64,000 bases of DNA from Podarcis vaucheri. Lineage: Eukaryota. The translations under genes and the position numbers were made by a program. The stretch lies in the NCBI GenBank assembly GCA_965113315.1, contig OZ220372.1. One strand, given 5' to 3'. Each line of letters opens with the position of its first letter. Position 1 is the first letter of the stretch. Of the stretch, positions 24,993-34,579 are shown piece by piece. The notes under the pieces are model-generated. The model worked only from the letters and a program-made list of their open reading frames with translations. It ran no database searches and was not told the DNA's origin.

Positions 24993-26597
24993 TGGAAGCA
25001 TCTGTCTTTTTCTTTCTTCTCCTCTTCCCCTTCCAACCTGGCTGTGATAATGTCATGTCGGCAGGAAGTTTCATCTTACATATAGCCTCCCTCCTGCTCT
25101 GTTTCCAAGTTCCAGGAAAAAGATTGGCAGGGAAGAGAATGTACACCATTTGTACACCTAAAAATAAAGCTGATCTGGCCTTCAGGTTCATAATTGATAT
25201 TGGTCTGATAGCAGAAGAGTCATCTGAAATGTGATGCTACTGAAGAAATGCTGCCTGCCTTTTGGGCTTGAAGGAAGAATAGTGGGCAGAACTAGGAATC
25301 TCCAATTTGGTTCAAGGGCCCTTCGCTCTCTATTCTTTTAGAATTCCAGATGTTCAAGCCAGTACCACAAATACCAACACACTCAAAATGACACTTCCAA
25401 GCCTGCAGCCGTGAACTCCATTAGAATTTAAATTGCATAATTGTCACAAGTTAAAGAGCAAAAATGTCACTGAGCACTAGTAATTTCGGTTCAGCCATAG
25501 AAAGCGTGTGATTTTTAAGCTAATGCTGCTAGACTCTTCAGCTGAATCTGGATGCACATTTTAAACCAAAACTAGCCAGGCAACTGCAGATTTATTGAGA
25601 ATATGTTGTTTGTATTGAGATGGAATCATCTCTTGTTGATGCATTTTTGACAACCTTTTGCTTTCATCTTGGGTTAACGTCATACAAATTAAATTATTTT
25701 AAGCAACATTTTTTTTAAAAAAATTATAGTGACAAGAGGTAAGTTTAATTATTTCTTTACACCTTATGATGTCCTAAAGAAACAATTTTCTGTTAATTTA
25801 TAAAAATGGGGCTAATACCCTGTTTTTGTGTGCATGTGGAAATAGGGAGTTTTGAATTCTGGGGTAGCACTGAGAGCCATCATTCATAGTCTGGAACATA
25901 AGAAGCTGCATTTATACCAAGTCATGACTATTGGTTTATCTAGCCACGAATTGCCTCTTGACTGACAACAGCTTTCCAGTGTCTCAGGGCAAGGTCACCT
26001 GATCCTTTTGTGTGGAGGTCCCAGAGACTGAACCAAAATCTCATCCCTGCAAAGTCCCGGTCCTTTCTGCAGTTGTGAAAATGATAGTGAGATCAAGAAT
26101 CTGGCAAGTTTTTGCTGAAAAGCAGTACAGAAATAACCAGGCTTCAGTTGCGCACCTTGCTTAGCTCCAGTGCCCATGCTAAAAATATATCTCCTGGCTA
26201 GAGAAGAAATCAGGTGGCATGCAACGTTTGGGTTGAGACATTTTGTGTGAAAGTGATTGGATACAGTCCTTTGGGCTGGATTCTCTTTGAACATGTACTG
26301 TGGTTAGCAAATCTGTATTCAGATGTGGGACTGCGCATCAGAATTAAAGGTGTCTAATGTTTACCTTATTGAAAAGAGGCATTAGCTTATCAAAAACATA
26401 TTAGTGCAAAGAGCTATGAGGCTTTCTTTCCTTCCTGGTTTGTAATCTACTTGGAGAGATGCTAATCCTAGGATGCTGTGTTTAGTATGGGAGAGGGCTC
26501 CCATTACTACTGTAGTAGCTTGTCCCAGTGGCAGCTGTGGGAGCATTTTGGCTTTGTAGGGCTGCAATTTGTAACCTTGCTGTTTCCATCACAATAG

Positions 26598-26772
26598 GAC
26601 TTTGTACAGAACCTATTCAGGAAAGTGTGCCATTACATATGTGCAGAGTGCCACTGTTTTCCTCCCTTTAAAAAACCACTCTATTATTTTCTGCACATAT
26701 ATGGACAGGGAAAAAAGTTTCCACGTAAGAGTGCCCAAGTATGATTTCCAGTTAAGATTGACGCCATACCAC
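26598..26772 (+). pseudogene. Calpain-like segment A (start of protease core)
   Basis: caatag acceptor, GTAAGT donor; DFVQNLFRKVC...FPPFKKPLYY...AQV*FPVKIDAIP(Q); TGA at 26742 sits near the conserved W of WKRP. Confidence 0.7.
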
Positions 26773-27093
26773 GTAAGTTTTTGAATTCATGTATTTTCAC
26801 CTACATATTTCATTGCTAAAAATCTAAACACACACAAACTTTTTTAAAGTGAGGAAAACCTGCCTCTAATTGCATTATGTTTTCCTCCCCGCAAAAAATA
26901 AATAAATCAGTTTTAACTATTTGTTTCCCAAAACACTTTCCCCCTCTAAATTATAAAAGAACAAAGTATTCCAACCAACAGACAAAAATAATGAGTTCAT
27001 CTGAACTAGGGCATCTCTGAGCACAGCAAAACGTATTTGCAATGCATGGCTCAATTCTGAAAATGTGAACTGTTCATTTCTGCACATTTGCAG

Positions 27094-27143
27094 AGTTCAT
27101 CACAACCTCTGTTCTGTCTGAGATGTGGGGGAATATATTCCAG
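27094..27143 (+). pseudogene. Calpain-like segment B
   Basis: ttgcag acceptor, GTTTGG donor; (Q)FITTSVLSEMWGNIFQ; phase-compatible with A and C. Confidence 0.65.
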
Positions 27144-27320
27144 GTTTGGGACGTGGAATGATGTGGAGTCACATCCAGACACCATTTTCCTCAAATGTGA
27201 AACAAAAGGAAAAACAGATAATTATTATAGAAAGAGGCTAACAGTCGCTTGTCATAAAACAAATACGAAACAAAAAAAAAAAGTTCCTCAAAGTTGGGAA
27301 CACTTGCTGCTTCCTTTCAG

Positions 27321-27420
27321 GACTTCAGGGAAACGTGCTGGTGGATCTTAGGTTCTTGAAGAAAACAAGAGCAGATACAAGTCTGCTCACTCCTGTACTA
27401 ACCTGGCTGAAGCGAAGCAG
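27321..27420 (+). pseudogene. Calpain-like segment C with catalytic Cys (TGC 27336-27338)
   Basis: ctttcag acceptor; DFRETCWWILG, then a 1-nt frameshift into FLKKTRADTSLLTPVLTWLKRS; weak GTCTCT donor. Confidence 0.65.
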
Positions 27421-27489
27421 GTCTCTGTGTTGTTAGTGCTTGTGTGGAAGACAGTGAAAGCCCCTTTAATGTTTCCTTGTGTTCCATAG

Positions 27490-27637
27490 AATAAAAAATG
27501 AGACCTTTTGTAATTGGGAATGGATATTCAATTGTGAAGGCAGGCTATGCCTTTATAGCTGTGAAATACGGCTTGTCTTCTCTGAAAAATATCCAAATGA
27601 CCATTGGGAAAGGATCAAACTCCTTTACACAAGAAGC
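27490..27637 (+). pseudogene. Calpain-like segment D
   Basis: ccatag acceptor, GTGGGT donor; IKNETFCNWEWIFNCEGRLCLYSCEIRLVFSEKYPNDHWERIKLLYTRS, resembling GEWVxVxxDDRLPxxxGxLxFxxSxxxNEFWxALLEKAYAK. Confidence 0.65.
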
Positions 27638-27907
27638 GTGGGTGTCTTGTACTACTTGATCCTAAAAAAAATGTTCCTATTATGAAATTTGGGAGAAGGG
27701 CATATGTTGAGAGTATGGCATATACTTGGTATCATATCAGTTCTAGGCAGCCCCAGTTGAAAAGGTAATGCAAGGTGAGGGGCTGGGAAAGACCTTCCTG
27801 AAACTCTGACCAGCTTTGCCAGTCAGAGCAAGCAGCACCAGATTAAACAGACTAACTCAGTAGAAAACAGTTTTGTTTAGTCATATAAAAGAATTTCTTT
27901 TAAAAAG

Positions 27908-28096
27908 ATATTTTGGACCACTTGGTTGGCAAGCCTATGAAGGCAATGTACAACCAGGAGAGTCAATTAGCAATATAAAAATCACCCTTAAAATAGAACA
28001 AAGCATCATTTTAAAATGGCATGACATTTCAGCAAAACATCAGACCTCTGATGCTGGGCATGCCATACTTAAAAACCTAGAGAAAAAAGGGATTGG
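27908..28096 (+). pseudogene. Calpain-like segment E
   Basis: YFGPLGWQAYEG...KWHDISAKHQTSDAGHAILKNLEKKGI, resembling CAPN1 [23 protein letters not shown] as recalled; GTGGGA donor; 5' boundary uncertain. Confidence 0.65.
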
Positions 28097-28531
28097 GTGG
28101 GACAGGAATATGGTCACATACACATATATATAGCAAGTGGGATTGGTCACAAAATGCTGGAGTCTGGAGTGTTCCTGCTCACTCTTCCAGTCAGCCATGT
28201 GTCCTCCCCCCCCTGATAATCCGTCCTATTTTCTCCCCCACAAACAGCATTCTTAACCATTGAGTGCATTCATTCCTCCATTGGGCTGTTTCTGGGGATT
28301 CCCCCAAATTAGGACCTCTGAACTTTGGAATTAGAGGGAATGATTTAAATTTAGGTGCCATTTGGATTGGGGATTTCCTAGTGCTTACTAAATCTCAATG
28401 TGGCGGTTGTAGTGTTGATTTATCTGTGTTATATATACATTAACCTGGAATCTGCTCTGGTGTAAGGCAGAGGAGACATTTTTAAAAGTGAATGAAAAGG
28501 AAATGTGCTTTTATCATTGTTAAAATACCAG

Positions 28532-28676
28532 GCAAGAATTCCTGGTGCATACAAGTGCAGCTCAGCAAAGTAGATGGCTTTCTAAGAGAGACCATGGAAT
28601 GGTTCTCCATAGATATAAAATCCTTAATTTGAGAGAGGCCATTGAGGATGTTTTTGGTATACGGTATCCTGTGCAA
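28532..28676 (+). pseudogene. Calpain-like segment F with catalytic His (CAT 28608-28610) and the Asn position
   Basis: taccag acceptor, GTAGGG donor; QEFLVHTSAAQQSRWLSKRDHGMVLHRYKILNLREAIEDVFGIRYPVQ. Confidence 0.7.
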
Positions 28677-28907
28677 GTAGGGCATGTTGAATTTTTCAAC
28701 TTTCAAATTAAAAAAATGAGGGGTGCTAAAAAGTTGTAACATGACTTGGGAATTCAAAAGGTATTTAGGCTAAATTGATATAATTTCGTTTTGCTTGGTA
28801 AACCAAATGACTGTAAAATTGAATAGAAATCATTACAAATGATTACCAAATACTTGCAGTTATATATTAATATTATTATTGTTTAGCACATTACCTGACA
28901 TTTTCAG

Positions 28908-29506
28908 AAGGTGAACAGTTTATGGTGCTGCTTCATCAAATGTAGACTTAACCAAGCTAAATGATGTCCAGTCACAAAAAGAATAGCAGGTTTGAGTTCC
29001 TCACACCCCAAAACATATTTTTAAGACCCCCCCTCACTGAAGAAATTTGCAAAAATTAAGTTTCACCCCCTAAAATCACACATACTGTGCAAGGTAGACA
29101 ATTTGAGCTATGTTTCCTACAGAGTCCGTTCCAATGTCAATGATCATGAAACTGATATGGTATTATGCCCACACCCTTGTGCTCAGCTGACTGTTACACA
29201 TCATCTCAATTCTGTTTCCCATTAAACCTGTAGTGCAGAGCTTGCTCTTGCAAGATGTTGCTGGAACAACTGAATCAGCAAGGCCCCGCATTCCAGCAAG
29301 TGTTAGCTGGCTGTGTGACTAAGTATGGCATCAGTTGTGAGATCTGCCAAGACAGCAATTATGAGGGCAGCTTCTTCTGTGGGACAATCTGGTGAGCAGT
29401 TTTTCATACCAGGAAGTTATTCTCTTCATCTCACTTTTATAGTATGGCTCTTAAAGAGATACCAAGCCCTGGGCAATGGAGGAGATCTTACTGTAATAAC
29501 TACCAG
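28908..29506 (+). pseudogene. Calpain-like segments G-J (end of CysPc, start of domain III): 28908-28989, 29123-29159, 29234-29391, 29443-29506
   Basis: Each is AG/GT bounded; R*TVYGAASS..NDVQSQK, VRSNVNDHETDM (cf. [12 protein letters not shown]), CRACSCKMLLEQLN.., MALKEIPSPGQWRRSYCNNYQ (cf. [16 protein letters not shown]). Confidence 0.6.
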
Positions 29507-29624
29507 GTGCTTTAAATAAATAATTTTGTTTCTGTCTTGTCTCTTCATAAGTTTGGGAAGGGTAATAGTTCTGTTTTTGTTTTGTTTTTAAAGTTTCAAT
29601 AAAAGATCACATGTTTCTTAATAG

Positions 29625-30289
29625 AAAATGTATTCCAGATTGGCTCATTTCACAGAAATAGCTTAGAAGGTTGCCTGCACTTTTTGCTTCCTAACTTTCC
29701 ACGAGGGCTTGATATGTGTTAAAGAAAGCTCAAGAGTCTGGGAGCCCATCCTAGGGGTACCAATGCAGGTCTTTATATGCTGTTGACCCTTGAGTAACAG
29801 GAGGAGCACTTGATTGTGTATATGATGCTTTTGTATCACAATGTTTTCAACAACTGCCAGGTTTGTTGCATATTGAACTAGCAACTTTGAACTTATTATT
29901 TCTGAGGATATTTGGTTTGTATTTTGATTTTTTAAATGCATGTATGTATGTGAATATTGTTTTGTTTGCCTTCCTTTGGGAGGAAGGGTAGGTGAAAAAT
30001 ATGAAATAATAATAGTAGTAGTAGTAAATATATATATATATGTAGTATTAATATATTAAACATATTACACACACACATATGGCTTGGCAAAAAGCTGCTC
30101 TAATTGTTTCAGAAGTCAGTGTTTAAAAATTGGGTCCGAAACAGTGGAGAGAGCCTCAAGGAGTCATTATCCCAAGCAATCCCATGTAAAGGGATTAGTG
30201 TGAACACTCACAGATCTGCCTTAACAGCTTCTATAATGCAGATGAAGAATGCATATTTGCCTAGCTAAAGAACAAGGAACTGATTTAAG
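29625..30289 (+). pseudogene. Calpain-like domain III segments: 29625-29860 and 30113-30289
   Basis: EGCLHFLL..*RKLKSLGAHPRGTNAGLYMLLTLE*QEEHLIVYMMLLYH; KSVFKNW../EPQGVIIPS..HSQICLNSF; stops at 29720 and 29795; AG/GT bounded. Confidence 0.6.
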
Positions 30290-30571
30290 GTAAATAGCAC
30301 TTCAAAGGAATAGAGAATGTCTCAAGATCAGCTGGATTTGGTCAAATTCCCAGACTTTGAAAACAAAGAGCCTGAGCATTACAAGAAACCCAGAAGGGTT
30401 ATGTGCTGTGTGACCCTTTCTTTTGGCATTAAGTCACTGGTTGGGCACGTGGGGGTGGAGAGGAGAGGCAACTAGGGCTGAACCTATCAAGCTGCCAAAT
30501 ACCAGCTGCTGTTGGTAGTGATGAAGGTTGCTGTTACCATTTACCAGCCTTTCATCATTACTCCTAGGGTA

Positions 30572-30932
30572 AAGGTAAAGGTACCCCTGACCGTTAGGTC
30601 CATTCGCCGACAGCTCTGGGGGTTGCAGCGCTCATCTTGCTCTGTAGGCCAAGGGAGCTGGTGTTTGTCCGCAGACAGCTTCCAGGTCATGTGGCCAGCA
30701 TGACTAAGCCACTTCTGGCAAACCAGAGCAGCGCACGGAAACGCCATTTACCTTCCTGCCAGAGTGGGACCTATTTATCTACTTGCACTTTGACATGCTT
30801 TCGAACTGCTAGGTGGGCAGGAGCTGGGACCAAACAACGGGAGCTCACCCCATCGCGGGGATTTGAACCGCTGACCTTCTGATCAGCAAGCCCTAAGCTG
30901 AGTGGTTTAGACCAGAGCGCCACCCGCGTCCC
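30572..30932 (-). mobile_element. Sauria SINE (lacertid POM-type), full length
   Basis: tRNA-like head GGGACGCGGGTGGCGCT on the minus strand, ACCTTT tail, 12-bp TSD ACTCCTAGGGTA (30560-30571, 30934-30945). Confidence 0.9.
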
Positions 30933-32399
30933 GACTCCTAGGGTAGGTTGCCACAATTACAACACAAACCGCCTCAAGAGTCATAGTGTGATGGAGCAGG
31001 GATGGGAAGGGGAGGGAAGCACCATTATTTCACAGCAAAGACAATGGTATCTCCTGGGGTGCTATTGCCAATCCTTTGCACACAAAAGTTTTTGTCAGAA
31101 GCCTACCAAATAACTTTGCTTAAGTTATTTGGTAGGCTTCTGACAGAGGATGATAGAAGTTCTATAAACATGCACTCCCAATTTTCATTTAATTTTTTTT
31201 TGACAGTTCATATTTTAAATCTAACCAACATGTCAAAGAAAAAAGAATGGATGTTTCTTTTTGAGTCCACCAAATTCTTCATCAGGCTGGATTTGACCAA
31301 TGTAAGAAAAAACAGGTTTGGTATCTAGAAGCCACTATATCTGCGTTGGTCTAAAATTCATTTTAGTTGTGTACTCTTAGATAAGGGCCTGGCTAGGGGG
31401 TTGTCAGGAAGAGCACCTACACCTCAGAATTTACCGAATGCCATGTAACTTTTTACCTAGTCAGTTATAATCCTTACAACTTAAACTTCCCCTTAAACTT
31501 TTGAAGATAACAACCCTTGTAGTAGGCGTAGGAAGAACTAAGCTAATCTAGCCAGGGCAGTACTACATTGCAATAAAATATATGTCAGTTTGTGTGTGTA
31601 TTTTTCTTCTCATTGATTTTTGATGATTATTACATTTATGTCCCACTTTCCTCCAAGAATTCAAGGTGGCATGCACAGCTCTGCACCTCCCTTTTTATCC
31701 TGGCAACCTTTTGAGGTGGGTTTGGCTGAGAAGTAGTGACTGACCCAAACTCACCCAAGGAGTATCATGGTCTCCCAGGTTGCAGTCCAACCAATATGCT
31801 ACACTGGTAGTCAGCTGAATGTGTGAACTAATTCCTGAATCCTCACCGCCCCCGCCCCCCGCACTGAAAAGTATCTGGATGGGTGTGTGATTTTGATTAC
31901 TAAATACTGAACACCATTATGCAAATTGACCATCCCCTGTAATGTCTCTGCATGGAGGATTTGGCTGAAGATGCAAAAGATTGCAATATGCAAGCCAGCT
32001 CTGTCACTACCTGTCATTGTATAGTAGGACAACTCACATATGCAATGACTTTTTAAAATGGAACATGCTCCAGAGGTGCCACAAAATAAATGCTGACTGA
32101 TTCTAGACAGCAGCTTTTATTGAAGTTAAAGGAACCTTTGAAAGTCAGCAGGAAGTGACATCTGAATGCAGACAGTCAAGTGGGTGGGTGGATGGGTACC
32201 TTTTAAATGGCTGTTTACGTAATCTGAACGCATAAGGTGTTTGGGTGGACAACTGTTCTGCTGAAAAAGGAGTGAACATACTAATTTTAAAAATGCATAT
32301 TAATATAAATTATGTGTAAAAGGGGAAGAATAGATTATTCCCGTAGAATTTACACAGCAAGATTTAATTGTGTGTTCAGCTAAAATATATGTTTTAGGT

Positions 32400-32535
32400 C
32401 AGGTTTCCTCAACCTCTGCCCTCCAGATCTTTTGAGACTACAATTCCCATCATCCCTGACCACTGGTCCTGCTAGCTAGGGATCATGGGAGTTGTAGGCC
32501 AAAAACATCTGGAGGGCCGAGGTTGAGGAAGCCTG
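32400..32535. mobile_element. Second copy of the 136-bp hAT MITE, opposite orientation
   Basis: Same TIRs; perfect 8-bp TSD TTTTAGGT (32392-32399, 32536-32543). Confidence 0.9.
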
Positions 32536-32548
32536 TTTTAGGTACTAT

Positions 32549-32906
32549 AAAAGGTAAAGGGCCCCTGGACAGTTAAGTCCAGTCAAAGGTGACTATGGGG
32601 TGCGGCACTCATCTCGCTTTTAGGCTGAGGGAGCTGGTGTTTGTTCAAAAACAGCTTTCCGGGTCGTGTGGCCAGCATGACTAAACCACTTTTGGTGCAA
32701 TGGGACACTGTGACGGAAACCAGAGCACACGGAAACGCTGTTTACCTTCCTGCCACAGTGGTACCTATTTATCTACTTGCACTGGTGTGCTTTCGAACTG
32801 CTAGGTTGGCAGGAGCTGGGACAGAGCAATGGGAGCTGATTCCGTTGTGGGGACCTTCTGATCGGCAAGCCCAGGAGGCTCAGTCGTTTAGACCACAGCA
32901 CCACCC
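32549..32906 (-). mobile_element. Sauria SINE, variant subfamily with an internal insertion
   Basis: Colinear with 30572-30932; extra CAATGGGACACTGTGACGG block; sits a few bp from the hAT MITE. Confidence 0.85.
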
Positions 32907-34579
32907 TGTATATTGTACTGTATATTGGACTCTGCAACATATTTATAGGAAGGCATAGTCTAATATAGACATAGATGCTGGAAGTGTAATGCTGGAACTG
33001 CCTCACCGAGGCATGTGATATGGGCATGTCCAGTGGTATTTTCTTTCTGGTCAGAAGCCATTGTATCAATTTTATATTAGCAAAATCATTTATATTTGTG
33101 TATGTCCATGTGCTCTTAAATTATATTCCTGTAGTATGGAGATGTTTTGTGAGACTTTTGTGGTCGCCAAAAGACTTCTACTCTGAGCATGAAAGGATAA
33201 ACACACAGCATCTGTTACACAAGACCTAAACACCCTTGCTACATCTGAACACACTTTTTTTTTACAAACACCAACTTTGTCTGGATACCTATTTGGACAT
33301 TTGGAGGGCATTTATCAAATTATATGTGTAAACAAAGATGGATGTATTGATGGTTATCATGTTGTTAATGTGAGCTGTTAGGTTGTTGTTTTGCTCCACT
33401 CTGTACACCTGTTTAATTTTTCTAATAAATTTGCCATTAAAAAAATAAATTTAAAAAGATTTAATTGGATTTACACAGAAGGTAAGCCATCTCTTGGAAC
33501 AACTGACTGCTTAAGTGAATGCAGCGCCAGAGCAGTCTCATAGCATGTGGAAAGTAAAATAAATGAATAGTGAGAAGACAATAACTGGAGAAACATAATA
33601 GTAAACATAGCAACAGGATGTTGAACGGGGTGTGTGTGATGGAGAAATTCCACCCGCCTCTGCAGCAGGCAATCTTAAGCAAATTCCTGCTTTTGATATA
33701 CTGTATTGTATTTGGATTTAAGTAACAAACGGTGCCCCCTAGCGTTTTGTTGAAAGAGGGACAGCAAGAACTACTACCTTTATTATTCCAGCAGTCAGTA
33801 AATTCCTAACTCCGTTAAGTCAGAAAACAACCTCCCCCAAATATTATTAGACAAACATTTCAAGAGCAAGCATTTCCTGTCTACTGATGGTCTATTTTTG
33901 CTGCCGAAGTTTTTTGTTCACTGAACAAATAAATGTCCAAAGTTTAGAAAGGGATTATGTTTTGAAATATAAGGATAATTTTTTAAAAAATTGAGATTAT
34001 AGTGAATTAAAATAAATAAGAAAAAAGAGTAGAAAAAGGGGGAAAGAGAATTCATTTTTCTTTTTTTAAAAAAAAGCAGAGGAAAACATCCATAACAAAA
34101 TAACCATAAAATATAATTAAGGCTACAAACTACCGGTATATAGTATGTATGTTGATGTATAAATTTATTGCTTCCCTCAGGTATATGTTAATCCATATAT
34201 CACTATGGTTTCGACAAATACGTTCCAAACAAATTTGTCCATGCATAATCTTCGTCTTCATGAGAAATAAAAATGACCACGGAGCGGGGATGGGGAACTT
34301 TTGGCCTTCCAGATGCTCGTCGACTCCCGTCAGCCAATGGCCAATGCAGGGATGATGGGAGTTGTAGTCCAGAGACATCTGGAGGGCTACAAGTCACCCA
34401 GTTAACTGCCTATGGCTCAGAATTCCTAAATCCAAAGCATTCCGCCCATTCACACGCACACGTGTAATGCTTGTCGATGCCAGCTTAAACCCCCCCCCCC
34501 GGAGCTGATGGTACTTGCCAGCATCATCAGGGAGGGCCCCTGATCTAAGAAAAAGACCAGCTGCTATTGTGCAAATGGT

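Larger units (their letters stand above)
26598..33229 (+). pseudogene. Highly diverged classical calpain large-subunit pseudogene (CysPc + domain III + penta-EF)
   Basis: Colinear calpain-like motifs in AG/GT-bounded segments: FPPxxxxLxY, PVKIDAIPQFI, NIFQxxxxxCW, WEW..GRL..LVF..NDHW, WHDI..SD..ILKNLEKKG, TSAA..GMVLHRY, IRYP, DHETDM, GQWRRSYCNNY, RKLKSLGA..EHL..YH, VIIPS..ICLNSF, ILN..KKKE, IWLKMQK, RCFVRL; multiple in-frame stops and frameshifts. By-eye homology only. Confidence 0.8.
31122..33229 (+). pseudogene. Calpain-like penta-EF domain IV remnants (about 31122-31301, 31910-31982, 32111-32179, 33055-33229)
   Basis: KLFGRLLTED, HILNLTNMSKKKEWMFLFESTKFFIRL (GTAAGA donor at 31302), CKLTI..RIWLKMQK, KPLYQFYISK, RCFVRLLWSPKDF; interrupted by SINE and MITE insertions. 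Confidence 0.55.

Noticed and set aside
27479-28739. Alternative identities for the intergenic ORFs: L1 ORF2 C-terminus or PTEN/TPTE (ENKSRYK, HRYKILNL)
   Set aside because: Only isolated short matches with no colinear series; the calpain reading explains many more motifs in order and fits the splice phases.
26742-28914. TGA at two conserved Trp positions suggesting a TGA=Trp code or recoding
   Set aside because: Other Trp codons are TGG, and TAA stops and frameshifts also occur; TGG to TGA is an ordinary transition in a pseudogene.
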